From contig NC_092705.1 in the NCBI RefSeq assembly GCF_964275005.1, positions 2,914,001-2,976,000 of the forward strand: a stretch of DNA of 62,000 bases. Direction: 5' to 3'. Under the pieces are notes generated by a model that saw nothing but the letters and a program-made list of their open reading frames with translations, ran no database searches and was not told the DNA's origin. Source of the stretch: Diadema setosum. Taxonomy: Eukaryota. Below are positions 49,226 through 62,000 of the stretch, piece after piece. A program made the position numbers and the translations under genes. Numbering within the stretch: the first letter of the stretch is position 1; each line of letters starts with the position of its first letter.

Positions 49226-49871
49226 AATGAGCCTCGGAAATGACGCGCTATACAAAATGTTTGTTAAAGAAACCATATTGTATAATATCGAAGTCACAAC
49301 ATCCATCCAAGTTATATGGACTTAGTGTCTTGTTATGACGAAACTGACTAAATAATCACACAAATTCTCCTCGGTATACCGTGTGTATCACAAGGAGCAA
49401 ACGCAGAGGGATTTCTTCCTATAAAGTATTTGTTTGCCCTTACACAGCTAAACTTCTTATTTCTATAACGGAGCATATTTCTTTTGTGTTTCTATGTCAA
49501 TTCTTTGTCATATTTAGCTGTGGCCTTGTTCGTCATAAGCAAATTTTGCATTGTAGACTTTAGATAACAAATGTAGGAACCGAATCTTTACTTCGTGATA
49601 ACGAAGTTTTGATAAATATATTCGTTCTCAAGGATGGACAACGTCACTGAGATTACACGTACGTTTGTACGTTCATTTACGAGAGATGGGAAAAAAATGT
49701 TTTCTCTGATTCCTCGGCATAGCAAGATAAACAAACTGTTAAATTGAGAAATGGTAATATCTATTCATGATTTCGCAGAGGAGTTTGTTCTCGACATGAA
49801 ATCGCTGTTTGTTGTGAATAGAATGCGTTTACAACTCAAGAGAGCTGAATTGTTCAATATATTTTTTGTTC

Positions 49872-50255
49872 CGAACGTCCGTGAGCTATACGCGAACCTC
49901 CGTAATGAAAAATATGTTATGTTTGTTAGATTATAGAGACTGCTAAGATCAAATACATCTTAAAAAGATATGTTATTATTTTGGAGTAAGGATTAAAGTA
50001 TGGGATAGTGAAATAAGAGGTCAAAATATTGAGTTTCTGTAAAATGGGCGTATAGTGGAGAAAAATGTTCAGCGAAAGAGCAATATTTCAACAGAAATGA
50101 CGAATTTGGTTAAATCATCAGTTGTCTACAATTACGTAGGGCCCCTACAGGTTAAGAGTACAAACTTAATATTCTGCCAACACATACACATGTTTAATAT
50201 ATTTAAGATTTTGAGCTGAATCAGCATGTGCAGTACTATTCCTCACGGACGTTCG
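49872..50255. mobile_element. Probable TIR element remnant bounded by a 14-bp perfect inverted repeat
   Basis: CGAACGTCCGTGAG (49872-49885) / CTCACGGACGTTCG (50242-50255). The same core ACGTCCGTGA/TCACGGACGT brackets 48030-48222. Confidence 0.5.
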
Positions 50256-51369
50256 CTGCTCTGGACATAGCAAACTTCCGCGGTTGATAAAAACTTGTTC
50301 CTCTGGGAAAATCATAGCATGTAATTGGGTTCATATTAAAGCTTGAGTATACACTTTCAGGTAAGAATTGGGAGAATATCCTACTTTTTAAATTTTGGCT
50401 CAATTGTACATCTTACGGACATCTCTACATTCTGACCCATATACATTCATAAAGGAAAAACAACTTGTCGATTGTGCTCTTTCCTCTGTCGTTATTAATG
50501 AGAAAAATATTTTACTGTGAATGAGTGTTACATGTGCAATAATGTATGTTCTTTGCCTAGTTAGGTATATAGGCCTGTAGTACTGTAAAAGACAGAATAG
50601 GCACAATGGCCTCCAAATGTAGTGAAGTCCTTGCAAGCATTCTTCATTCGTTTACGATCAAAATGTTATTGTAATAGAGGAAAAAACAGAGTGGATAATG
50701 TTGTAAACGGAATTTTGATATAATGTTAAAAACTGTGGTTCACTTTAACGGGAGTGAACGGTAAAACTAGTGGTTATAGTATAATTATTTGAGTGGATGC
50801 TTGGATGCTTTAAATTGAGAGAGAGTGTTCTGAATGATTGATGGCAGAATGGAACTATAATCAGACAGCATTTCTAGTAGACGAAATCAGAAGGTTAGAC
50901 AAAAGCAAACCAAATTAACATATTTTGATTTATAAGAACAAGAAAAGACATAATCGAATAAAGAGAGGAAGAGGGAGAGGTCCACCAATTAGAAGCAGTA
51001 GACTACACAAGTATACAGCTAGACGCTCACATCTGACCATGTCGAGTATATCGTGCCGAGAAAAAAAAAAGGAATGACATCCCTTTGATTTCAGCTGGCT
51101 GCTGAACCATCTCGAAATCATCACATTACACCTTGTTCTCTTTTACATGATATAATTTTCGTTGGCACCTAAGATGAAAAAGAAGACTTTTAGGAGAATT
51201 TCACAAGAATATCTGTACCTATGATTCCCGTAACATCGGCAATTAATTAGCCACGAATTTGATGATCTTTCATGTCGTTCTTGGAGAAATTAGTAAGATT
51301 GCATCCAAGTTTTAACCTCTACCTATCAAATAAAAGAAAAATCAGGTAAGGGACCAAGAGCATTTCAAA

Positions 51370-51540
51370 ACGACCCTGCAATCGCGCTCTCATGACCTAC
51401 GGGGCCGCGGGGTCACACTCGAAGTCACGCGTGCGAGGACAGATTCTGCACGTTTTTTCTTTCTGTTTTTTTTTCCGGGCTTGCCGACTGTGCGCGCTGA
51501 CCGATAGAGCCCACACAGAAATAAATAGATTAGTCTGACT
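51370..51540. promoter_or_regulatory. Candidate promoter/TSS region
   Basis: CpG-dense non-repetitive patch (CGCGCT, GGCCGCGG, CACGCGTGCG, TGCGCGC) near the edge of the CpG-retaining domain. Compositional inference only. Confidence 0.3.
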
Positions 51541-53939
51541 TCAATGTCATGTTATATTTGTTTCGTTTTTAATGTCGACAATGTCGTAAGTAATTTAATT
51601 CTAAACAAGAATATTTCATAATGATAATACATTTCTATGCATTTTACGTATTTTTATTCGACAAAATTGAATTTCTGACAACCCAACTCATGTAGGAAAA
51701 CCTTGTTACTGATCATATTGTCTAGAATAACAGACTACGACTTCGTTTTGCATACAGCCTGATTGGCATGTCGATAAGCTAATCAGCGGAGGAGTTGGCA
51801 AATTAGGTGGAGCCTGGCGTTTACGAGTTCCCCCTGAAATGAGGGGAAGGTGGCAGGTTTGACTGGACTGTATTCAGGAGGGGTGAATCGTGTAATATAG
51901 TGTACATACAGACACCATCAACGTACGTCCGTACACACGCGGGCACACTACGAATACAGTCCAGGAAGTGGACTACCCCCCCCCCCCCCCCCGGCTATCT
52001 GAGGGCCCCTTTCAGATTAGAAGTAAAACCCCTTTCAGATTGTATGTTCATAGTTCAGACTGTTCACATAATCGTACAATACCACCAATAGATTCTGCCT
52101 TTCTACTTTTGATCACTTGTTACAGGCACATTGTGAGTTGTCATCCTTACAGCATAAATCATATGATAGTTGTTTTTTTTTCTTACATTGGTTCTGTCAT
52201 TCGTAGCTGTACATTTTTCCCCTTTCTACTCCATGGATTGGGACCGGAATTTGGCGGGAGACTTAAGGGGGATCTGGTTAACCCCCTTCCCCCTGTCTCC
52301 CCCCACCCCCATACACTTTCCTCAATCATTTCCACCTACTCCAGCTGAGCCTGTGCATTTTGGAGTGGGGGAATCGATACTGACACCCTTAAAGGAACTC
52401 TGCAATGCAAGTGCATGGTGGCATGGATGTTGATTCATGATGCCCTCAAAATCACTTATTTGGCCAAGTGAATACCCAAATATGTGCCATATGAATAATA
52501 ACTTTTTTATTATCGTTCTAAAGATTACCAGAAAAAAAACAAAAAACAAAAAACAACAGTCTGCCAAATCAAGATTCTGCCAGTGGCATAATATATCAAT
52601 CATTGCCAAAATGCTAATTATGATTAACTAAAAACATTGGAATGCACCTTTTCCCAGACTAATCAATCTCTTGGCATGTGTGCAATGGAGTAAATCACCT
52701 GAATCCAAGATTACACAGTAAATGAAGCCACAATTGCATGAATAATGATGCAATAGTAAAATGGGACAAATGATCAATATCAAACAACCAATCAGTTGAC
52801 AATGATCTATTTCGGTGATATATGATAGAAAATTATTATGAAACATATGGAACATATTCAGATATTCTTTTGGCGGCATTAGTGATGATCAGGGTATTAT
52901 GAATCAATGCAAGTCATATTTCATTTTTAAACCGTTGCTAACAGGAACCTAGTTGGTCCTTTGCAAATCATGATAGATTGCAGCAATCATGTCGGAAAGG
53001 GGAGTTAAACAGGCTATTCACTTTTATAACACCAGTGTTCAGGATGCAGTACAGTGCAATAAACTTTGCCATCCGTGTTCCATATCTGTCCCTTTCATGA
53101 GTTTTTGCGAGTCATACTTGGGGAAAAGTAACAGACAATGAGTCTGTGGGTACTGACGATGGAGCTTTTGCAGAGAGGTGTTTGTGCGACTGTGAGCGCA
53201 CACTTTCTCTCACACACTCGAGGAGCACCGTGTCCTTCGGGCCCCTGTTTGACTTAAGGAGCTAGAGTTACAAACTGGAGTTGTCGTCGGCTCGACATCC
53301 AAGGGTAATGTGATTTACGGATGGATCGCGGGGTATGATGTATGTGCGGAAGATGACCTCCAAGTATCATGGAATTCAATTTGTCGGTCAGGACCGAGGG
53401 AGTATCACGGTCAAGGTGGCCCGTGCGCCCGTTTTTCTTCTCTCAGTCATTTGTACCCTAAGGATCGAGGTCCTTGAATTGAATGAATTGGTCTGTCAGG
53501 ATTGTAAGTGGTCAATCTATTGACCGAAGCTTTATCGCTTTCAAATGGACATAATTGGGATGGAACGTATTCCTGGAAAGGGGAAAAGCTTGAAAGAAAG
53601 CTGCAATTCAAAAATTCTTTGTGAGTTGCCTGTGTGTATTTATTTCTTTGTCCCTTTCTCTTCCTCTCCCCTCTCTTTCTTTCTCTCCCATCTTCTCCCT
53701 CTTGTTCCCTTTCTTTTCTCTCTTTCCTTCCTGTCACTTTTTTTCTTCTAACTCCTCTTACTTTCTCTCCCCTAGCTCTCTTCCTTTCAACTCTTTATCT
53801 ATCTATCATCCTTTCATCTTCCGTATCCTCCTATCTCTTCATATTAATCCTTTACATACCCAAGCACTTAACTTTACTCAACAAGCTTCTACATCAGCAC
53901 TCAGTAATCCCTCCAAACTTGACTTAGTTGTAAAGTTAA

Positions 53940-54024
53940 CCCGTTGAGGACGGTTTAATTTTGCTACAACACACATTGTCCATAGACGCTTGCCGGAGTA
54001 TACTCAGGACGCATCCTCAAGGGG
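53940..54024. mobile_element. piggyBac-like mini-MITE
   Basis: TTAA|CCCGTTGAGGACGG...ATCCTCAAGGGG|TTAA. Confidence 0.88.
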
Positions 54025-54464
54025 TTAATAGCAAGCCCATTCAGATGTAGCCATTTGAGGAGATGCCTGTTCAAAAAGGTTCGTCATGCCACTAATCCAT
54101 TCAACAAATGATTCTTACGAAGAATTGCCTTAGTTCAAAAGAAAGGCCGTGGTGGCACGAGGGATCAAGGGGATTAGGTAATCTCTCTTCATTAATAATA
54201 AGTTTCAAGACATCTGTGTCAATTACCAAAGATAACAATATAGCATGCATGCCAGTCAGCTAACAAAACAAGGGTAATGAAAGCCCTCCCTCTCTTGTCC
54301 ATGTCCATCTCGCCTTCTGTTTCTCTCCCCCTTATCACTCATACTCCTCTTCCTTAAGATGACAGATGGATGAAGATGGAGACAAAAACACCGGAAGTAA
54401 CAGTTTTTGGCCATGACCAAGTGTACCTTTCTCTCTCTTTTTTTTTTTTTAAAGGATGGAAGTA

Positions 54465-54671
54465 CTGTAAAACGAGGAATATTTGTGTGCATTTTGATTT
54501 CGCAAATTTCGCGAGAGGCAAGATTCGCAAAATTAAAATGCATGCAAAAGTTCTTGTCTACACTATATGCATTGATAGTTAGAAGCAACTCACGAAAATT
54601 TCGTGCTACGAAAAAGACCGTCGGCTTCAATTCACAAAAATTTCATGCCGTGAAAGTATCATGTTTTACAG
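54465..54671. mobile_element. TA-flanked MITE (TA|CTGTAAAAC...GTTTTACAG|TA), Tc1/mariner-like target site
   Basis: Terminal inverted repeat with TA on both sides. Internal TTTCGCG/CGCAAAAT motifs. Confidence 0.85.
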
Positions 54672-56255
54672 TACATTCACATCATCAGAAGATATGAAAT
54701 TAGTATGTAACCATATGAATCAGTCTCGTCTGATGTTTTGATAATCTTCTCAGTCACTGCAATTCAATTCAGTTCAAGTGAAATTCCATTTCCAATAATA
54801 CATGTTTGTTGTTGATGCAGATTCTAAGAAAACAAAACGTGCAGTGTATTACAACAACAACAACAACAACAACAAAAGTCACTGGAGTGGGTTGGGATCT
54901 GCAGAAGTTTGCAGAGTTAAGTTCAGTCTAAGGTCAAAGGTATAAGGTAGCTGAACTTAAGCTGATCATATCATCTTTCAAGCCAAAGCTTCAGATCAGA
55001 ATGTCCAGTGATGATAAAATGAATTAGGAAAGATAGTTATACAAAGCTGAGTTAAAGGACAGCAATAAAAGTTGGGGGTCAAGGTCAAAATTTAATGTAC
55101 ATGTACTCTGAATGCAAAATACTATTTTTTTTTACCAAACCTTACCTAGAAATGTCTGTTGGTAATATTTTATAGAAGTAAGGATAGATATTGATAGACA
55201 ATTAACAGCATGTAGTGTAAGTTGTGACAATCAAAGTTCAAACTCTGAGAAAACCAAAATTAAGCCAGAAATGTCCTTTTTTTTATAGGTTAACTTCTTC
55301 GACTTCATGTTGTATTTAGAAGCAGCAAATATCGCTGGAGGAAGCAGTTCATACAGGAGATGAAAATTGAACAGATCGATCAACTCCTAATCTGACTATT
55401 TTGGCCTTTTGTTTCTCATCGTCATCAAATCTCAGCACCTCAAAAGTTTTCAAGGTCAGCAAGGAAAAAAAAATATTCATGAGAGAGAACTATGAAGAGA
55501 GGAATAGATGAGAAGGAGATGAGAGAGAGAAAGAGATGGGTGATAAATGATATCTGCACCAGTCTACCGGATGTCGATGTGTTTGCAGATGTTATTTCAC
55601 ACGCGCATCTACTTAAAGCAAGTTAGAATACTCGCCTGCGTTGATGAGAGGTAATCCCTGGACCTCGAAACCCCGCCTCTAATTTTTCTTCTTTTTTCCC
55701 TCCTCTTTTCTCACGCGTGCAGAAGAATAACTCAACGTGCATGCATTCACGCACACGTGCCCATTTGTATGGGTGAAAGGTACTGCGGAAGCCCCGGCCG
55801 GGGCACGTGCATGTGTTCGAATCCTTGGTTTTGGGCAAAGGAGGCGAAACCTAATTCCCTGGGAACACAACTTGTAAGCAGCTTCTTTATGGATGCCGTG
55901 TTTGCTAGATCATGGCGAAATCATTAGCGGCAAAAGGGCCATAGAACATGTTCTCCTCTTTTAGCAGTACAACATTTAGGTCTCCTGTGGAAACTGAGCA
56001 TTTGGAAAGTAAATGGCTTTACTTGTGTTCACCCTTTAGTACCTAAACTGACCTTATGTGTTGTGTAAATGTGTATTTCTATGTGAATTGTGAGCATGTG
56101 AAGATATACATGTGTTTGTTTGTTGTTGTTTTTTTTTATTGTATTTGCTGGATTTATATTACTGCTGAAATTTTAGGGAAATACAGTTGAATTTTGAGCA
56201 CAGCCATGTACTAGGTGAGAGTTATGACAACTGTTTGGACTTCAAAGCCAAATTG

Positions 56256-56298
<43 letters not shown>

Positions 56299-58939
56299 TA
56301 TTTGTTTCTTTGTTGTTTGTTACCATGCCAGAGAGAGTTGCCTTAGATGTGTGTGCTTTGGTGTTGAATATACAATTAATTCATACAAGTCTTCTGATTG
56401 TCCTCGTTCCACATTTTGCGCACAACAACAACAAAGCCCCTCATATATTATTTTTTTATAATTACATTCACTTCAAGGTATGTGAAGGCTGTGATGATAC
56501 TGCCCACCTTCAAGACAAAGACACACCTAAAAAGTATTTATGGTTTGGTCCATTTGTTTTCATATTATAAGAAAGAGATGTTGATATGGATAGGGTATCC
56601 AAATGATACTATTAAGAATGACTTTGCATTCATTTTATAGCCCAGTAGGCATCTTCCAATGGCTGCCTGTGGACTGTCACAGTGGTTACATACTGAGAAA
56701 AAGCATCTTGTAAAATCTCTCCTTATATTTTCATCAACATAAGAACTCTTTTTTATGCCTCCGCCAACGAAGTGGCCGGAGGCATTATTTCTTGCCTGTC
56801 ACTTTAATGTCGTGGATTTCATTCATAACAATTCCTCCTTGTAGCCAATTTTTCTTCGGGTCTGAAAACTAAGACTACAGATTTGTTTTGAAAAAACTTA
56901 CTCACTGTGATCCTTTCATCCCAATTTCATTACCTTGATCAGGAAATGCTATTTTATTTTTGTTGTGGTTGTTGTTGAGGCATGATTTAAAGTGGAAATA
57001 TGCATTAGTGCCTTGGGACAGGAGTAATAAAAGCAAAAGATATGCCCCCTAAAACAATGGTAATCCCAAGCTTGCTGTTTTTTGTTTGTTCGTTTTTTAT
57101 CCATGCAGAAGCAGCTCTCTGACAAAAAAGGTTAGAATGTACAGAATGAGCCTGGAGCCTGGCATTATGCACTTGTCGTATATCTAAAGAATTACAAGGC
57201 ACCAGCAGACGCGCTGTCTGCCGGAAAATCATTAACCCACTCTCTTTAACCTGGATCACGTGACGCCCGGCCCCACTCCCCTTTCTCCGTCGCATTCTGG
57301 ATGGCGTCCAACTCCCGCTTTATATTCGTGGCTCGCCCCAGATCCCGTCTGCGCGGTGCAAATCCAGGCGTAAGTCACGCGAAATTGGAGCACTCGTTTG
57401 GCGACCAGCCCCTGGATGCTCGCATTATGTTATCATTCCTTCTTTTGTTATTGATATTATTATGTATATATGCTGGAAATTTGGGGGTGGGGTGGTGTTG
57501 AGAGCCGTGATTGGAATTTTTAATCATTTTCCTAATGGTATTGAGTAAAGCGGTGCCATGGACAGATATCAAACATTACTGAGCGAGCTATTATTCCCCC
57601 ATTTGCTGTCTAGTGTTCCCCAAGTCGTTAAGGTGTATTTCCGATCCGCTGACCTCCAAATATCTAGTGAAAGTTTGCCTCGATATGTCGAAAGTTGATG
57701 AGCTACTGAAATTATAAAAAAAATTAAGGATGTATTGATACACAATAACATTACTATCTCTATGTCACCCTCAATTCTGTGCATTTGACTATATGTATTA
57801 TCACTGTGAGTATTAGTTGTGTTCAAAAATCTAAATCTAACGTAGGAGTAATTTTTGTAAGCTTTGACAATAGCTTTATAAAATCTTCCTGGTAGTGATT
57901 TGCCTTCTGCAAGCGTGAATGGACATTATAATGTACGAAAATTCTGTTTTGTTTACCCTCAAATAGTAAAACAGAAACAAAACTATTACTAGTAAATGAT
58001 TTTTAGAAATGATTTTACCAAAAATGGACTTAACAGACACATTGCTCTGTAGCTTTCTTTCGGCAAAGACCAAGATTATGAATATAGTCTGATGTAAGAC
58101 TTAATATATTTTCTCTACTTCCTGTTCATTAGGCGTCATGTGCGTTTTGTTCTTGTTATTTTGTTTTCATCCTGGGTAGGGGTGCCGGTGTGGTGCTCTG
58201 ATCAATAATTCTGCCTGAGTGAGGAATTTGGCGCTTCCTTCTTTGTCTCTTGGCAATCATTAGAATATCGAGGAGTGAGGAACCTCGGCATTTCCTGCCT
58301 CTTGCAAACCGGGACTTTGTTTTCAACAGGAGGATCACGTACAGCCATGTTCCATGGCATTATAAAATGTTGATGTTCATCAAGGCAAATTGAAACTGGC
58401 TGTCCGTGATTTGTGTTAAGAATGAGGCAACCCTGGTTTTTCTCTCTCATTTTTTATCATCATTCTTTTTGTGTTTTCACTTGCAAGCTTCCCCCGCATT
58501 TTATTGAAGCGAAACCGTTCATCGAACAGGAACTAGGTGGAATCCTGACGAGTCGGAAGCCAATGATCCAATTGTTCTATCTCCGCGGAATCGCAATTCG
58601 TCGTAATTGATTGTGCGCTATTCGAGGGGTTCGGTGTCACCCGTTCAATCCCGAGAATTCCTCCCCTCGTTCGGCTGACCTGGTACAATTTGTTTGGAGG
58701 CATGTCACCACTTAAGTCTGGATCTGTTGCCAACTTGTATCTCATTTACCGAGAATGGCTTTGAAATTGCTGTTGCTTGTGCAACATGTGGTGGTTGGGG
58801 GGGGGGGGAATGCTGGCATTTTTTGGGGGGAGGACGATCTTGCATGAAGTTGTGCAATTTTTCTGACAATTTGTATTTGTTTACAGTGTGACTCCCCCCT
58901 CTTAGAGTATGATATGAAAATGATAGTTCCTTTCATTAA

Positions 58940-59327
58940 AGGGATCACATAGTTTTGGTTGAAATCGGTGATTCAGATTGTAACCTTTTGCAAGATAATT
59001 AAAAACCCCTTACGAAATATCACAGCGCATACAATTTTAAGAGGACTAAAAAGTATTTTTGTTGACAATTGGTTTTGAAATGGCAGAGATATCCAAAACA
59101 CAAAGTAAAACAAAGTGGTCCAAATAAAAGGTGGGTCCCGCCTTTTATCAGGACCTCTTTGTTTTTAGATATCTCAGCCATTTCAAAAAAAAATTCATCA
59201 AATAAACTTTGAATTCCTCTTAGCATTGTACGCTACTTAATGTTTCATATAGTGTAGGTGGTTTCCAATTATCTCACAAAAAGTTAGAATTTTAATTCCC
59301 CATCTCAACAGGAACTATACCATCCCT
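58940..59327. mobile_element. Kolobok-like MITE, duplicate of 3247-3634
   Basis: TTAA at 58936-58939 and 59328-59331, same sequence. Confidence 0.9.
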
Positions 59328-59488
59328 TTAACGCTCTCCAGCCCGCTGACTCATCCCATTACATTGGTTATTCTATTAATGTCCAAGTGTCCAAGATAGA
59401 AATTTAGCCTTGCTTCTTTTGAAAGATCATCATACATGTGGTTTTCAAGAACAAAAATCACACATTCATGGGCAGACATACAGACAAA

Positions 59489-60044
59489 CAAGATATTCAG
59501 GTGTAAGTTTCGTCAATTTGTCTCCCTCTACAAATGAAATTTGTTAAGATTGCAACTGCTGATCTGTAAATTAACACAAACATGTCAGAAAAAAGAAATC
59601 GGTGGGACTGGAACCTGTCATCTACTGCTTTCCGGGCAGCGACACTACTACCAGGCTGTCCCCGGTTGCCGGCAGTGACACGATGAACATGGAACAAATA
59701 CCCAAGCTCCGAAATTCCGACCTTCACCCCTCTGAATAATATCTTACTTGCATTTAGTATGCCTTGTCCGCCTTGGACTACTTAACATAACAATGTCGGA
59801 ATTTCGGAGCTTGGGTATTTGCTCCAAGTTCATCGTGTCACTGCCGGCAACCAGGGACAGCCTGGTTGTAGTGTCGCTGCCCGGAAAGCAGTAGATGACA
59901 GGTTCGAGTCCCACTGGTTCCTTTTTTCCGACATGTTTGCTAATCTACAGATCAGCAGTTGCGATCTTAACAAATTTTATTTGTAGAGGGAGACAAATTG
60001 GAGAAACTTACTCCTGAACCTTCACCGCTCTGAATAATATCTTG
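59489..60044. mobile_element. Duplicate copy of the 3796-4351 element
   Basis: Same inverted arms and 25-bp direct repeat. Confidence 0.75.
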
Positions 60045-60224
60045 CTATCAAACAAAATATTCACAAATGTAAAATCTGTTGTCTTGTTTCCTTTTCAAGA
60101 GAAAGGTTCAATTCCATTTGTAGAAATGCCACTGTGCCTTATACTTTGATATTTAAAAGTGTCCCCATTTCCCCCTATGTCTTTCTTGCCGCTCCCCTAC
60201 TAACAGTTTCCTTACGTTCTTTAA

Positions 60225-60309
60225 CCCATTGAGGATGGGCTGATTGTGCTACAATATTCATTTCCCACAGACACCTGCGTGAATATACTCTGGACTAGTC
60301 TTCAACGGG
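60225..60309. mobile_element. piggyBac-like mini-MITE, duplicate of 4536-4620
   Basis: TTAA|CCCATTGAGGA...TCTTCAACGGG|TTAA. Confidence 0.88.
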
Positions 60310-62000
60310 TTAAAGCCAACCAATATGAGATGGAAAGGCAGACAACTTCCTATTTTTTTCTGCCAATTCAGATCTCACAATCTCTCCCGGTGAATCTCTT
60401 CCTCGCCCCATAAACAGATGATTTACCTCCGCAACATCTCTTTCTTCTGTGTATCAAATTGTTCGTCAAAGTGCTGGGGCATCATTCGATACCTCAATTT
60501 TTGTCTCCTTTCTTTAGCCTTTTCTTCTTCTTCTTCTTGAGGAGGGGGGGGGGGGGTGAGGAGGGAAATGCCTGTGCCTGTTTGGGAATATCGGGAGCGT
60601 TGTCTCCTTTGCCCAAATTAACGGTGCTCTTTGGGCAAAGTGAGAAGTGATGATTGCCATGCACACTTTCTTTGATATGACCGCCGGAGGGCAAATGCAC
60701 CCATCCACCCCCATTCTTTTTCTCCCTCGATTCTCCCCCTTTCTCCTTGTCTTTTTTCTCTCCTCTCTATTTAAAGATGCTTTCTCTTCCCCACATTTTT
60801 AGACGGAGTGCATTTCATTAGTATCGCTTTCCATTTTGTTTGGTTTGGGTTTTCTTTTTTGGCATTGAGTACGTGCCGGGCAACACGTATCAGTGAATGG
60901 AGTGGTATTTGTGCCGATTCTGCCATTTCAAAGTAGGTTTTGAATTTGATTTTAAATATGAAAAGTACGGCCCATATGCCTGGGGATGGGGAAGGGGGGA
61001 GTGAATAGGATATGTCTGACGATTGTTACCATTGTAAAAACAGTTTTTGTCAGTGCTAGTCAATGTAGCTTTGAGCAGAGTTGAATTCTTTGTGTATATT
61101 TGTAATTGCTTTGCACAATGCTTTGGATTTTCCATGAGGATATAAGATGTTGAATCTGGCATTTTGCATAGTATCTTAAACACACACACCCACATATTAT
61201 GGGATATCTATATAGTTATTAATAAATATGCCCACACACTCATACCTGTGCTGCAGGTGGTACCGTACCCCTCCTCCCCTTTTTCTCTCTTTCTATCTCT
61301 CTCTGTCTCGGTTCTGTGATCTTTCAGAATGTCAGTAATCGTTATTTGCCCAGCTTCTCGGCCCGTGACAGACGTGCGCAACATGGATACGATGATGGCT
61401 GCTGACCCGATCTTTGCCGGTCTCTTTCCGTCGTCTTTTCACCCATTTCTGCGAATTTTCGTGGATCATGTCCATCTCCACCCTCTCTTTCCCTGCACTG
61501 TGCCACTGTCAATATTGGGCCTTCAGGGTCTCTCTCTCTCTCTCCTCCTCACCAAACCCGAAAATGGTCAAACACAGTCATGTTTCCCTTCCATTGTGAT
61601 GATACTTCTTGAGAATTCACGCTTCTCCTCAACTCTTCAAAGATGCTATTGTATTTTTTTTTTTTTGTCTGGTACCGATCTCTGTCTTTGGGGACAACAT
61701 TGCCAATATCTACGGCGGGCATCAAATAAATATCCACACTCTGTGAAGTGCCCCCCTCCTTAGTTCACTTGTGATCAACAATTGTGGAAACTTTGGGCCC
61801 TCGTCAGTTCTTCGGCAACTGTAATAAGCCCCCCACAGGTAGCCGTGTTTGCCAGGTTGCGTTGAGTGTGAAAGTGGACCTCATCACCAGGGATACCAGG
61901 GAAAAGAGAGCGTAGCAGCCCTGTATACACTTTTCTGCGACTGCCAATTGATGAACGCGTTCCACAAATCTGGCAATCGCTGGCGCAAATGAAACTGCAT

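Larger units (their letters stand above)
56079..62000 (+). repeat. Copy 2 of the long direct duplication (allelic haplotig or tandem segmental duplication)
   Basis: Same sequence as 1-6340 but without the 2018-2403 MITE. Many ORF-track entries are near-duplicates, e.g. 103..552 vs 56187..56570 and 2459..2641 vs 58156..58338. Confidence 0.98.

Noticed and set aside
50353..51352. CAG|GTAAG splice-donor-like motifs at ~50360 and ~51345
   Set aside because: No matching exon ORF or acceptor could be established. Such motifs occur by chance.

Overview
Non-coding animal genomic DNA. It is AT-rich, with microsatellites, long poly-G/C and poly-T tracts and many small non-autonomous transposons. The repeat content suggests a marine invertebrate, probably a sea urchin (inference). 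I can support no host protein-coding exon, and the only recognisable protein remnant is the C-terminal ORF2 region of a 5'-truncated L2/Crack/CR1-group LINE (45861-47110, minus strand). Positions 1-6340 recur at 56079-62000, differing by scattered substitutions and indels, on the other side of a 100-N scaffold gap (40534-40633). This is either two uncollapsed haplotypes or a ~56 kb-period tandem duplication. Comparing the copies shows an exact presence/absence polymorphism of a 386-bp TTAA-flanked AGGG...CCCT (Kolobok-like) foldback MITE. Other repeats include seven copies of an ~85-bp TTAA/CCC...GGG piggyBac-like mini-element, TA-flanked CTGTAAAA MITEs, Harbinger-like, Academ-like and EnSpm-like MITEs, and Helentron/HINE-type heads. 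The most unusual structure is at 3796-4351, with copies at 59489-60044 and ~24105-24425. It is a ~298-bp terminally redundant unit with an internal tRNA-like Pol III cassette, preceded by an inverted truncated copy of itself, which resembles Penelope-like retroelement architecture. Short CpG-rich islands recur every 2-3 kb in a CpG-poor background, as expected for an enhancer-rich intron or flank of a large gene. All alignments and coordinates were made by eye.
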